Shown one piece after another: positions 45,155 through 54,924 of a DNA stretch of 64,000 nucleotides (positions within the stretch are counted from its first letter, which is position 1; each line of letters starts with the position of its first letter). The DNA is from an uncultured Eubacteriales bacterium (lineage in GTDB: Bacteria > Actinomycetota > Coriobacteriia > Anaerosomatales > JAAXUF01). A program made the position numbers and the translations under genes. The DNA lies in contig CAZIPT010000002.1 in NCBI GenBank assembly GCA_964541375.1, positions 445 through 64,444 on the forward strand, in the 5' to 3' direction. The notes under the pieces are model-generated. The model saw nothing but the letters and a program-made list of their open reading frames with translations. It did no database searches and was not told the origin of the DNA.

Positions 45155-46288
45155 GTGAGCGCTAGCGACGGCCCGGTACAGGAGCGATCGGGCGAGCGTT
45201 CGTGCGCGTTCGTTTCGGGTGAGGAGCTCTTGGACTGGGCGCATACCGTCCACATCTTGGCGATGTGGGATGCGCTGACGAAATCCGGGATTGAAACGGA
45301 ACTCCTTGCCTATCCCGGAGAAGATGGGATTCCCAGCGGAGCGGAATTGCGCACGCGGTATGCGCTCAGCAACACCCCGGACATCGCTTGGCTGCCCAGA
45401 GAGAACAAGTGGATAGCCCGATTGAGGCTTGCGATTCGCTCGGCCCGCGAGGGTGGCCGCCGGAGTTTCGCCTATACGACGCGGGCGCTTCCCGCCCTCG
45501 GGGCCCTGTTGGGCGGGTCGCCCGCGGTGTTTCTCGAGTTCCACATGCCGATACAGGCCCGTCACGATCAGGTCGCGTTCGCCCTGGCTCGTCGCAGCAA
45601 GAGACTGCACATCGTCTGCATATCACGACGGCTCGCCGAGATGATCGCGGAACAGTACGGTCTAGAGGTGTCCTCGATAATCGTCGAGCACAGTGGCCAC
45701 GACCTCGCGGTCGCCAGGGACTATCGTGCCAGTTCCGCGCTCGGGCGCCGGCTTCGGGCCACGTACGTCGGCACCATCGCTCCGGGGAGGGGCGCCGAGA
45801 TGGTGATCGAGACGGCCAAACGCCACCCGGATGTCGACTTCACCCTTGCCGGCCCCGGAGAACCCCCCGGGGCTGCCGTGCCCGACAACGTCCGGCTCAT
45901 GCCGGCGGTCCCTCACTCGGAGGTGCGCGAGCTGCTCCTTCAGGCCGACGTGCTCCTGATGCCCTACACGCGCGGGGCCATGCTGGAGGACGGGTTTGTC
46001 GGTACGGCAGAGTACTGCTCTCCGCTCAAGATGGTCGAATACCTGGCGGCAGGCAGGGCCATCATCTCGTCCGATCTCCCTTCGATTGCGGAGGTCATGG
46101 TCGACGAGTCGAACTGTCTGTTGGTGGACTCTGAGTCGGCGGACGCCTGGTCCACGGCGATGGGGAGACTGAAGCGAGATCCGGAGTTGCGTGAAAGACT
46201 CGCACTCGGTGCCGCGGAGAGCGCCGAGGAGCATACCGACATCGGGCGCGTGGAGCGGATGTTCGCGAGCGTTTGGGCGTCCCAGTGA
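45155..46288 (+). CDS. Glycosyltransferase (GT-B, GT4-like)
   Basis: C-terminal region ...LLMPYTRG...SPLKMVEYLAAGRAIISSDLPSIAEVM. Confidence 0.7.
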   Translation: MSASDGPVQERSGERSCAFVSGEELLDWAHTVHILAMWDALTKSGIETELLAYPGEDGIPSGAELRTRYALSNTPDIAWLPRENKWIARLRLAIRSAREGGRRSFAYTTRALPALGALLGGSPAVFLEFHMPIQARHDQVAFALARRSKRLHIVCISRRLAEMIAEQYGLEVSSIIVEHSGHDLAVARDYRASSALGRRLRATYVGTIAPGRGAEMVIETAKRHPDVDFTLAGPGEPPGAAVPDNVRLMPAVPHSEVRELLLQADVLLMPYTRGAMLEDGFVGTAEYCSPLKMVEYLAAGRAIISSDLPSIAEVMVDESNCLLVDSESADAWSTAMGRLKRDPELRERLALGAAESAEEHTDIGRVERMFASVWASQ

Positions 46289-47820
46289 GACCGGCAGCCG
46301 AGAGAGGATTCCGCGCTGGTCTCCCGCACTGGATGGGGAACGATGGAGCGGTTTGGGCGGCTGTCGCGGTCCTGGCGCCCACGCTCGGACTCCTCGTTGC
46401 ACTGTGGCCCAAGGCATGCCTCCTGGCCTTCGTGGCTCTCGCGGTACTCACGGCGGCGGTTCTGAGCCGCGAGCTCGCACTCGGCGCCATTCTTGTGTCT
46501 GCATTCGTGATGATCGGTGTCAGCGATGCGACTTCGCTGCCCTCGCAGGCCGCGCTCTTGACGAAAGCCCTTGTCGCCTTGTTCGCTCTCACAGTTCTTC
46601 TCGACTTGGACCACGACAATCGCCTTCGTGTCCCAAGGCCGCTATTGATGCTCGCCAGCGTGCTCACGGTGTCCGCGGTCTTTGGTGCGGGGACTCGCTT
46701 CCTCGCATTCCAGGCGCTCGCAAGCTACCTCATCGCGCCGATTGCCTATGTGGCGATCATTCACTCACGTCTAACCATCGAGTCGTTGAGACGCCTCTTC
46801 ATACTTGTCGTGGGGCTTGCGCTGGTGCAGTTGCCGTTGGTGATCATCGAGTCACGGTTCACGACCAACGTGGACCGGATCGGCGGCACGTACGGCCTCT
46901 ACGGGGGCACTTCAACGCTCGCGGTCATGATGGCGATTGCGTGGACGATAGCCGTCGCGGCGCTCTTGGGCCGGCGGCGCATCTGGCTGTTGCCCATCGG
47001 TGTCGCGATCTCGGCAGTGTTGATCATCACCTCGGCGAGGGCGGGATTCTTCTTCGCTGCGATGGGGACGATCTGCGTCGGAATCACGAAGGCGATTGCC
47101 AACCCCAAGCGCGGGTTGGCCGCGCTGCCGGTCTACGTCGCTGTCGGCGTGACGGCTCTGGCAGTTCTGTTCGGCGGGTACTTGTACTTTGGCCACCTGC
47201 TACCCGGTGGGCGGACGGAGTCAGGCTACGCGATCATGCTGCTGAAGGACCCCACCGCGATACTGAACTACCTCTTCTCGGTGGGGGCAGGCGGCCAGGC
47301 GGGTCGGTTGGGCGGACTGCGCCTCGCGCTGGCCCAGAATCACTCGGTCTCGAGCCTGCTGATCGGGCAGGGGCTCGGTGTGCTGAGCCAGTCAGCGCTT
47401 CTGGGGCAGGGCTTCACCTCTTCGAGTGCCATGGGACCATCGTTTGACTGGGCGACGAGCGCGACGCGGTGGCTGTTGGAGGCCGGCTTGCTCGGCATCC
47501 TGCTGTATCTCGTTCTCATCGGGACGGCGGTCTCGAATGTCGTGACGTCATGGACCGCTCATCGCAGCGAGCTCGGTATCGCCATCGCTGCTGCCACAGT
47601 CGGATCGGCGGCCATATACACAGCGGCGGCCCTGTACGCTTCTGCATGGAATCTGGATTCAATGGCGATCGTGTGCTGGTGCCTCCTGGGAATGGTGGCC
47701 AAGTGGGGGGCTCTTCGCAACGCGTCCTTGGAAGAAGTGCCTGGGCCCTCGGAGGCCAACCGCCACCAGCAAGGCGTTCCGACCGAATCGGCAACCGGGT
47801 TGCCGAGAGCGGGCAGGTGA
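46285..47820 (+). CDS. O-antigen ligase / Wzy-like polymerase family membrane protein
   Basis: The GTG overlaps the upstream stop (GTGA). It has 10 or more TM segments with a large loop region ITSARAGFFFAAMG typical of Wzy_C-like proteins. Confidence 0.65.
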   Translation: MRPAAERGFRAGLPHWMGNDGAVWAAVAVLAPTLGLLVALWPKACLLAFVALAVLTAAVLSRELALGAILVSAFVMIGVSDATSLPSQAALLTKALVALFALTVLLDLDHDNRLRVPRPLLMLASVLTVSAVFGAGTRFLAFQALASYLIAPIAYVAIIHSRLTIESLRRLFILVVGLALVQLPLVIIESRFTTNVDRIGGTYGLYGGTSTLAVMMAIAWTIAVAALLGRRRIWLLPIGVAISAVLIITSARAGFFFAAMGTICVGITKAIANPKRGLAALPVYVAVGVTALAVLFGGYLYFGHLLPGGRTESGYAIMLLKDPTAILNYLFSVGAGGQAGRLGGLRLALAQNHSVSSLLIGQGLGVLSQSALLGQGFTSSSAMGPSFDWATSATRWLLEAGLLGILLYLVLIGTAVSNVVTSWTAHRSELGIAIAAATVGSAAIYTAAALYASAWNLDSMAIVCWCLLGMVAKWGALRNASLEEVPGPSEANRHQQGVPTESATGLPRAGR

Positions 47821-47822
47821 GC

Positions 47823-48941
47823 ATGCGGGTCGCCATAGACATCACCAGCTTCCCGGTGGGGGGACAGGAGCGCCAAGTCGCGCAGTTGGCTTTCGGGCTC
47901 GCGTCCCGCGGGCACTCAGTGCTACTCGTTATCAACAAGAGCGGGAGCGCCTTTCGCGACACCCTCGACCATCCGGGCGTCGAGGTCGTCGAGCTCGGGC
48001 GACTGTCCCGATACGACCTGCGTGTTCTGCCCGACATCGTGCGGCGTCTCAGAGCGTTTCGCCCGGATGTCGTATTGTGCGTGGGCTACAACGCGACACT
48101 CTGGGGGAGAATCGCCGCGGTCGTACTCCGGATTCCGGTGGTCACCGCGGAGCATGAGAGCACGCAGATCCGTCGCAAGCTCGACCGGGTTCTGACGAAC
48201 AGGATGCTGGCGCCGTTCACACGTGCTGTTGTTGCGTGCGCTTCGGGCCAAACGCAGTACCTGATCGCCGACGGATGCCCCGCCGACAAGATCGTGGTCA
48301 TCCAGAACGGAGTGGATTCGTCCCAGTTCAAACCACAGAGAGACCGAGGACTCGCGCTGAGGCAGGAGTGGGGTGTGCCGGAGGGCGCCGTCCTCGTGGG
48401 TATCGTTGCAACCCACCGTCCGGAGAAGCGACATGATCGGTTCATCGCACTCATTGAGACCTGTCTGGTCTCCGGTGTCGATATCTACGGAGTCATGATC
48501 GGCGACGGAGATCTTCAGGAGGACAATCAGCGGGCGGCGCTGTCGTCTTCCGCCTCGGATCATCTGATCGTTGCAGGGGACGTGTCAGATATGCCCGCGG
48601 TCTACAACGCCTGCGACGTCGTGGTTCTTGTGTCCGACAGCGTCGAGGTCTTTCCGCTGGCCTTCATCGAGGCCGAGGCCTGCGGCGTCCCCGTTGTAGG
48701 GTTCGACATCGGCGGGGTTGGCGAGACCATGAGAGATGGGGTGACCGGCTACCTCGTGACCGCGGACGACGAGGACCTGCTCGCCCGGCGCGTCGTGGAG
48801 TTGTCGACCGATCCCGCTCTGCGACGCTCAATGGGGGACGCCGGGCGCTCGTGGGTATCGGAGCACCTCACAGTCGAGGTGATGGTTTCCACCTACGAGA
48901 CGCTGCTCAAGGGAGTGGCCCGGGGCGCGTCCGCATCCTAG
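47823..48941 (+). CDS. Glycosyltransferase family 4
   Basis: MRVAIDITSFPVGGQERQVAQLAFGLASRGHSV N-terminus. C-terminal VEVFPLAFIEAEACGVPVVG. Confidence 0.85.
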   Translation: MRVAIDITSFPVGGQERQVAQLAFGLASRGHSVLLVINKSGSAFRDTLDHPGVEVVELGRLSRYDLRVLPDIVRRLRAFRPDVVLCVGYNATLWGRIAAVVLRIPVVTAEHESTQIRRKLDRVLTNRMLAPFTRAVVACASGQTQYLIADGCPADKIVVIQNGVDSSQFKPQRDRGLALRQEWGVPEGAVLVGIVATHRPEKRHDRFIALIETCLVSGVDIYGVMIGDGDLQEDNQRAALSSSASDHLIVAGDVSDMPAVYNACDVVVLVSDSVEVFPLAFIEAEACGVPVVGFDIGGVGETMRDGVTGYLVTADDEDLLARRVVELSTDPALRRSMGDAGRSWVSEHLTVEVMVSTYETLLKGVARGASAS

Positions 48942-48988
48942 GGTGCGGCGGCGGGCACGGCCCTGTAGCTCGACTCCAAGAACGTGCA

Positions 48989-50209
48989 TCACGCAGGTGC
49001 ATCCTTCTGTGCTCGCTCGATTGCAGCGACTACGCGCTCGGCGTTTGCGGCCCAGGTGTACTTGCTGGTGACGATCGAGCGGCCTTGTCCCGCACGCAAG
49101 CGGCAGCCCTCAAGGTCCTCTCGGCACCGATGAACGAGCTCGATCAGTTGCTCCGCTGTCTCGAATGCGAACACCCCGCTGTCCTCGCTCAGCAGGTCAG
49201 GAGGGATGCTCATGTCCGGGGTAAGTACGGGAATCCCGAGCGCCAGGTACTCGAAGAGCTTCTGCGCGCTGCCATGGCGATGCGCGTAAGAGAGCAGACC
49301 CAGGTCGAAGGCGGCCATGAGCTGGCTGACTTCGTCATGCTCGAGCCATCGTTCGGAGGCGTAGAACCAGCCGTCGAGAGTGTCGGCGTTCAACCGGACC
49401 TCCCGCATGACTTCCGGAAGCGCGTCTCCCGCCCCGATCAGGACGAGGAAGACATCGTTCATCCCGCGGCGCCTCGCCTCGGCAATCGCCGAGACGATCT
49501 CCGGCACCCTGCGCCAGCGTTCCATCCCTCCGGCCCACCCGACCACGAGTGCTCTCTCCGGAACACCCATTCGCGCGCGAGCCCGTGATCGTTGGGTTTC
49601 GGTCGGGGGCTGGAACAGGTCGGGGTCGACTCCGTTGGGATTCAGGAAGACGGTTCTTGCAAGCCCAGGACGCTCGGCCGTCAGCTTGTCCACCAGATAG
49701 TCCGAAACGACGCCGACCCCGTCAGCCTGGAGAAGCTGCCTGAGCTCTGCTGAACGCAGGAAGGCGCTGTCGAAGGTGCCGCGCCAGTCCTCGTCGAATG
49801 GGCTCCCGTTGTACTCAACAATGATGCGAAGACCGGGGAATGCCCGCTTCAGCCGTCCAACCATGTTTCCATTCGAGCCCAGGCGCACAACGAACGCGTC
49901 CGGACGGAAAGCTTCGATCGCCTCTACCACGGCCGCGTATGCGTCGGGACTGACGCGCGTGAACATGATGTCCGTCCGAATAGCCTCGGGAAGCTTGTCA
50001 TAGAGGGAACGGGCGAAGCCCCGCGCCGCTTTGGGGCTCGAAGTCGAAGGCTGTCCGTCGTCGGTCATCGTGAAGACGCGGGCCTCGCTCACGCGGGGGT
50101 TCCTGGTGAGTTCACGGAAGAACGCTCTCGCGTGCGTGCGCGCCCCGTTCACTTCGCTGTATGCCGTGCTGTAGTAGAGAATCTTCAACTTGGCTCCCAG
50201 GGTGCGCAC
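48989..50209 (-). CDS. Glycosyltransferase (GT-B fold)
   Basis: LKILYYSTAYSEVNGARTHARAFFREL N-terminus. C-terminal HRHGSAQKLFEYLALGIPVLT. The start is uncertain: GTG 50209 was chosen, the ORF track extends to 50530, and the extra 107 aa look non-coding. Confidence 0.6.
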   Translation of the reverse strand: MRTLGAKLKILYYSTAYSEVNGARTHARAFFRELTRNPRVSEARVFTMTDDGQPSTSSPKAARGFARSLYDKLPEAIRTDIMFTRVSPDAYAAVVEAIEAFRPDAFVVRLGSNGNMVGRLKRAFPGLRIIVEYNGSPFDEDWRGTFDSAFLRSAELRQLLQADGVGVVSDYLVDKLTAERPGLARTVFLNPNGVDPDLFQPPTETQRSRARARMGVPERALVVGWAGGMERWRRVPEIVSAIAEARRRGMNDVFLVLIGAGDALPEVMREVRLNADTLDGWFYASERWLEHDEVSQLMAAFDLGLLSYAHRHGSAQKLFEYLALGIPVLTPDMSIPPDLLSEDSGVFAFETAEQLIELVHRCREDLEGCRLRAGQGRSIVTSKYTWAANAERVVAAIERAQKDAPA

Positions 50210-50524
50210 TTCGGGTCGAAGGCGTGCGTTGCGAACTGTCCAGGCCGTTCTGTGTCGAGCTCGGTGCCAGCCAACGGCCCGAACTAGAGCCGCAACATGA
50301 CGCCTGCAGCCATCGTACAGGCGGCCCGCGGTCATCGAACAGCCCGAGGTTCTCGAGGCAGCCATGAGAGGGGTGCCGCTCGATGGCGGCCCGTGAATGG
50401 CGAGGAGAGGTCTGGCGTCGCGCTGAGCCTGCTGCACTACACTGACAATGGCCGAGTTGGCGCTTGCAGCAAAACGATCTGACCAGTAAGCGATTGAACC
50501 TGCCATCGACCGACCAGAGAGTTG

Positions 50525-52051
50525 ATGCACTTGGGCATGAGACTCGATCCAGCGCAGGCCTTTGACTCCTCGTCACGCGGGGGGAACCTGGCCACGCGCT
50601 CGGTGCGTGGGGGCATCTCGACCCTCGGGGGCCAGCTGCTGCGCACGGGGATCACGCTCGTCGGTACGGTCGTACTTGCCCGGCTGCTGACGCCGTCGGA
50701 CTACGGACTCGTTGCGATGGCCGCCGTGGTCGTTGCGTTGGCTCAGCTGGTCAAGGATGGCGGCCTGGTCACCGCAACGGTTCAGGCCAGCGACATTTCC
50801 GAGAAGCAGATCAGTTCCTTGTTCTGGGTGACTCTGGGCATCAGCACGGTGACTGGCGGAGCGGTCTTGGTTGCGGCGCCGCTCGTTGCCGCCTTCTACA
50901 AGCAGCCGGCCCTCCTGGGCGTGACCGCGGCGCTCTCGCTCACGTTCATCTTCGATGGAATCGCCCTTCAGCAGGAAGCGCTGCTGCGAAGGCACATGCT
51001 TCTCTCATCGGTCGTCGTGTCCGATGTCGTTTCTCAGGCGATGGGCGTCGCGGTGGGCATCACGGCCGCGCTACTGGGCGCCGGCTACTGGTCGCTGGTC
51101 TTTCAGACCATGACCGCGTCCCTCATTTCGAGCGTCATCGTCATCTGGTACTGCCCCTGGATACCCGGCCGATATCGGAGAGGCACAGGATCGGGGCGCA
51201 TGGTCAGGTTCGGCGGGGACATCATGGCGTTCGACATACTCACCTACTTCGGAGACAACACCGACTACCTGCTCATCGGCAAGTTCATGGGCGCTGAGCC
51301 GCTGGGACTCTACACGCGGGCGTTTAACCTGTTCGCACTTCCGATGAGGCAAGTCCGTCGGCCGATGGGGGCGGTCGCGCTCCCGGCGCTCAGTGCGCTG
51401 AGAGAGCAGCCGGAGCGTTTCGCCGCCTACTACCGTCGCTTCGTCGAGGCCTTGGCCCTGCTCAGCGTTCCCATCGCCATCTACTGCTTCATCGAGGTGG
51501 AATTCATCATCCGAGTGCTTCTCGGCGAGCAATGGATGGGGGTCGTGCCCGTCTTTCGGATCTTCGCAGTCGCGGGCCTGTTCCAGGCGGTGGCTTCGAC
51601 GCGGGGCATGATTCTCGTGGCATGTGGGTTCTCGCGTCGCTACTTGCATCTCGGAGTTGTGAGCTGCGTGGTGCGCGTCACGGGCGTGTTGATCGGACTT
51701 CCCTTTGGGATCACAGGCGTCGCCGCGTCGACGACCGCTGCGATCCTGCTCTTCCTACCGCCATCACTGCACTACTTCATGAAGGGCACGCCTGTTCGGC
51801 CAAGGGACTTCTATCGCGCGCTGGCGAGGCCGCTGCTGTTTGGGACCGCCGCGGGCCTCGTTGGCGAAGCCGCGCTGAGGCTCATGCCCGACCGGCTCAC
51901 CACACATGCCGTCGTACTCTGCCTCTTTGTGGGCGTGTATGCCGGACTGGCTTGGTCCAACCGCTCAATCCGCGAGGACGTCCGCCTCATCGCGGGCGCA
52001 TGGCACACGGGCCGGCAGGAAGAGGACGCCAGAGAAGATGACCCGGCTTAG
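50525..52051 (+). CDS. Wzx-type polysaccharide flippase (MOP superfamily)
   Basis: About 12-14 TM segments. N-terminal GGISTLGGQLLRTGITLVGTVVLARLLTPSDYGLVAMA is typical of polysaccharide biosynthesis (PST) proteins. Confidence 0.8.
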   Translation: MHLGMRLDPAQAFDSSSRGGNLATRSVRGGISTLGGQLLRTGITLVGTVVLARLLTPSDYGLVAMAAVVVALAQLVKDGGLVTATVQASDISEKQISSLFWVTLGISTVTGGAVLVAAPLVAAFYKQPALLGVTAALSLTFIFDGIALQQEALLRRHMLLSSVVVSDVVSQAMGVAVGITAALLGAGYWSLVFQTMTASLISSVIVIWYCPWIPGRYRRGTGSGRMVRFGGDIMAFDILTYFGDNTDYLLIGKFMGAEPLGLYTRAFNLFALPMRQVRRPMGAVALPALSALREQPERFAAYYRRFVEALALLSVPIAIYCFIEVEFIIRVLLGEQWMGVVPVFRIFAVAGLFQAVASTRGMILVACGFSRRYLHLGVVSCVVRVTGVLIGLPFGITGVAASTTAAILLFLPPSLHYFMKGTPVRPRDFYRALARPLLFGTAAGLVGEAALRLMPDRLTTHAVVLCLFVGVYAGLAWSNRSIREDVRLIAGAWHTGRQEEDAREDDPA

Positions 52052-52158
52052 ACGATGCGAAGAGGCGCTCCAGTTCCATGTTTGGCCTGGAAGCGGCCTT
52101 GATAGATTCCTGGGCTAGCACGAGATCAAGACGCCGAAGGCCAACCGCATGGTCAGGT

Positions 52159-53304
52159 ATGCTGGTTGGCATTGCGAACCGTCACGACTGGGGATTCCGC
52201 GTGCGCGACAAGTCGATTGATGCCCTGAGAGGTCTAGCGATTCTTCTCGTGGTCGCTGGTCATGCGACCGCCTTGGCGGCGGTCGTCTCCCACGGCGGTC
52301 CGGGTCTGGTCCCGTGGGATACCGGTCTATGGCTGCCGATCGCGACTGTCAACGGACTGCCCTACCTGTTCATCTACTCGTTTCACATGCCCCTGTTTGC
52401 GTTCGTCAGCGGCTACGTTCTCCATCCACCACGCGAGGCCGCGGTTGCGGCGCAGATCATTCGGCGGGCGCGAGCCCTGCTGGTTCCTTTCTTCGCATGG
52501 GCGCTTCTTCGACTGGTCCTCCCGTTCGGCGGAGACGGCGTTGCCTCTAACCAGGGCCTGGTCGGCTCCCTCCTCGACATCCTGCTCGGCCGCACAGGCT
52601 TGTGGTATCTCTACGCGCTCTTCATCTGCTCGGTGGTTCTGATCTGTCTGCTGAAGCTGCGAGGCATGCGCTGGCTCTTGCCTGTCTCGGCCGTGGCTGC
52701 TGCGGTCTGTGCCGCCAGTCTATGGATCCCGGACATCCTCTGGCTTGCCGAGACCCTCTGGATCTATCCGTTCGTCGTTCTCGGCTTCATGATCAGCCCG
52801 CTTAATGCCGAGTTCGTCAGTCATCGGTGGTCCCTCTTTGGAGCATGTTTGGCCGCCTATGTGGCGCTCTTCTATTTCCAGTCTCCTCTTGGCACGCTGG
52901 AACCACCCATTCGGCGTATCTCAGAGGCAGCGTTGCGCGGTACGGGATTGTCTCTCGGGTGGGTAGTCTGGCTGTTTCCGTACCTCTGCGCGACCGCAGC
53001 AGTATTGGCGCTGTATAGCCTCTACATCCGGCGAAGCGGGTGGGCGATCGACGCGCAGGCCTGGCTCGGCCGTAGAAGCCTCGGGATATACGCGATGCAC
53101 GCTTCTGTGATTCGCGTGCTCCTTAGAGTCGGCGTTACGAATGTCCTGGTTCTGATCCTCTCGGCGACCACCGTCGCGGTTCTGCTCACCCTTGTGCTTG
53201 AGCGCATACCGGGGGTAAACATGGTCTTCCTCGGCCAGAAGGGTTCTCGGCGAGAAGCACCCGACGGCCTAGACGGGCCTGTCGGTCTGTCTGGCAGCGC
53301 CTAG
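52159..53304 (+). CDS. Acyltransferase family 3 membrane O-acyltransferase
   Basis: SIDALRGLAILLVVAGH motif and about 10 TM segments. The alternative start is GTG 52201. Confidence 0.75.
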   Translation: MLVGIANRHDWGFRVRDKSIDALRGLAILLVVAGHATALAAVVSHGGPGLVPWDTGLWLPIATVNGLPYLFIYSFHMPLFAFVSGYVLHPPREAAVAAQIIRRARALLVPFFAWALLRLVLPFGGDGVASNQGLVGSLLDILLGRTGLWYLYALFICSVVLICLLKLRGMRWLLPVSAVAAAVCAASLWIPDILWLAETLWIYPFVVLGFMISPLNAEFVSHRWSLFGACLAAYVALFYFQSPLGTLEPPIRRISEAALRGTGLSLGWVVWLFPYLCATAAVLALYSLYIRRSGWAIDAQAWLGRRSLGIYAMHASVIRVLLRVGVTNVLVLILSATTVAVLLTLVLERIPGVNMVFLGQKGSRREAPDGLDGPVGLSGSA

Positions 53305-53455
53305 GCGCTGCCCCATGCTCTCCGCGTACCAGTTTCCAAGCGCTCCAGGGGACGGGTCCAGTCCAAGCGCGCTTGCCGATTTGCCGGGACGGGCACGAGC
53401 CTCATCACTCTGCGACTTCATGCCGGACCAGATCACTACACATGCGTGACACCGT

Positions 53456-54346
53456 TCAGGTCTCCGTCCCACGGCGAAGCGTTCTGTACGCCTTGGTCAG
53501 AAGCGGACTCGTCTCAACGTAGTCATCGCGGGCCTCACAGAGGTGGCGTCTCAAAGCCACTCTGGCGTTCGAGGGTCCTGGGAGCGGCGGGGGGACGTCC
53601 AGCGGCCCGATGGGGGCGGCCCTGGTTCCTGCATACTGCTCCGCGATAGTGGCCAGCGATGTCCACCTGACGTTGCCCAGATCGTTTATCCAGTCGACGA
53701 GTTCAGTTATCGCGCCGTACCCGTTCCGGAAGAGGTGGTGGTGTTCCACAACGATGATCGGACGTCCCGCGGCAACGTCTTCCACGAACTGAGATCGTTC
53801 GCTGGGGTAGCGACGCTGCAGCAGCGGAAGACCGTGATACATCCTCGTGGCCGGCAGCTGACACTCGCTGGCGGGGGGCGTCTCCCCGTCGGTCGCCTGA
53901 AGATGGCAGGAAACCGCAGCTAGAAAGCCCTGGTCCTTGAGTGCTCGCATGGCCTCGCATGAGTAGTGATCGTGCGGGAAGACCATGACGGGGTCGTAGG
54001 CCAGACCGGTCAGGCGTTTGTGTTCTTCCATTCTCCACAGGGCGGTATGCGAAAGAGCGCTGAGCTGCTGGTAGTCACTGATCGCGAACTCGTCCAGGGT
54101 GTGGTTGCATCCGTGCACGCACAGCGCGAAGTGGTCGGGGTTCTCGGCGAAGAGCCGTACGGTCTTCGGGTTGCTGCGCTTGTAGTTCCACGGGATGAAG
54201 GCGATCTCCGTGAAGAAGCGGTGGGCCTTCATCTCTTGGAGGAGTTCTTCGTAGTTGAAACAGCCGTAGTTTGGCCTGAGCATTGGGTCGTCGATGATCA
54301 GGCAGGCCAGTGTCTCGCTCGTACCGTCGGCGTCGCGCGCGGTCAC
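53456..54346 (-). CDS. Deacetylase-like protein (DUF2334 / CE4-like?), uncertain
   Basis: LIIDDP...VHGCNH...VVEHHH His/Asp-rich motifs. It overlaps the upstream LbH gene by 4 nt. The assignment is from weak recollection only. Confidence 0.4.
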   Translation of the reverse strand: MTARDADGTSETLACLIIDDPMLRPNYGCFNYEELLQEMKAHRFFTEIAFIPWNYKRSNPKTVRLFAENPDHFALCVHGCNHTLDEFAISDYQQLSALSHTALWRMEEHKRLTGLAYDPVMVFPHDHYSCEAMRALKDQGFLAAVSCHLQATDGETPPASECQLPATRMYHGLPLLQRRYPSERSQFVEDVAAGRPIIVVEHHHLFRNGYGAITELVDWINDLGNVRWTSLATIAEQYAGTRAAPIGPLDVPPPLPGPSNARVALRRHLCEARDDYVETSPLLTKAYRTLRRGTET

Positions 54347-54849
54347 AGTGGCACCAAGCCCCGCTTGAACTCATCGTACTCACCGTCGAGGGTCAGAGGC
54401 ACTGTCACCCGGGCGATGGGCTTTGCGGGAGACCCTGACACGAACGTGAAAGGCGGGACATCACGGGAAACGACTGAACCGGCGCCGACCACAGACCCCT
54501 CTCCGAGAGTCAATGTGCGCTCGTTGGCTGCGACGACGCAGTTCGGACCGATCCAAACGTTGGGCCCGATGACGATTCTTCCAGGCTTGCGAAGATGGCA
54601 GGTGATGATCGACCGCAAGACGAGCTGTGCACCGTCGTGAATCTCGACCAACTCCGGAAACTCGTTCTCAAGGTAGACCTGATCACCAATGAACACCGTA
54701 CCGTGGATTTTCACCCCTCTGAGCTTGTGCAGGAAGGGTCTGAAGCTCGTGGCTCCCGGGGCGAACTGGGCTATGATGTGGAGGAAGCGATTTGCAGCTC
54801 TCCGGGCAAGCGACTTTCGCATGCTGCTCTCAGAATCCCCCTCTTGCAT
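54343..54849 (-). CDS. Left-handed beta-helix (hexapeptide-repeat) acyltransferase, WbpD/WbbJ-like
   Basis: Hexapeptide repeats (IHGTVFIGDQVYLE, IGPNVWIGPNCVV, LGEGSVVGAGSVV). Confidence 0.8.
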   Translation of the reverse strand: MQEGDSESSMRKSLARRAANRFLHIIAQFAPGATSFRPFLHKLRGVKIHGTVFIGDQVYLENEFPELVEIHDGAQLVLRSIITCHLRKPGRIVIGPNVWIGPNCVVAANERTLTLGEGSVVGAGSVVSRDVPPFTFVSGSPAKPIARVTVPLTLDGEYDEFKRGLVPL

Positions 54850-54924
54850 CGCTTTGAGCTGCCACTAGTGTACATGACTGGTCTCGTGAGATGACCTGAC
54901 TTGAGCCCGAGAGGTTGATGGCGG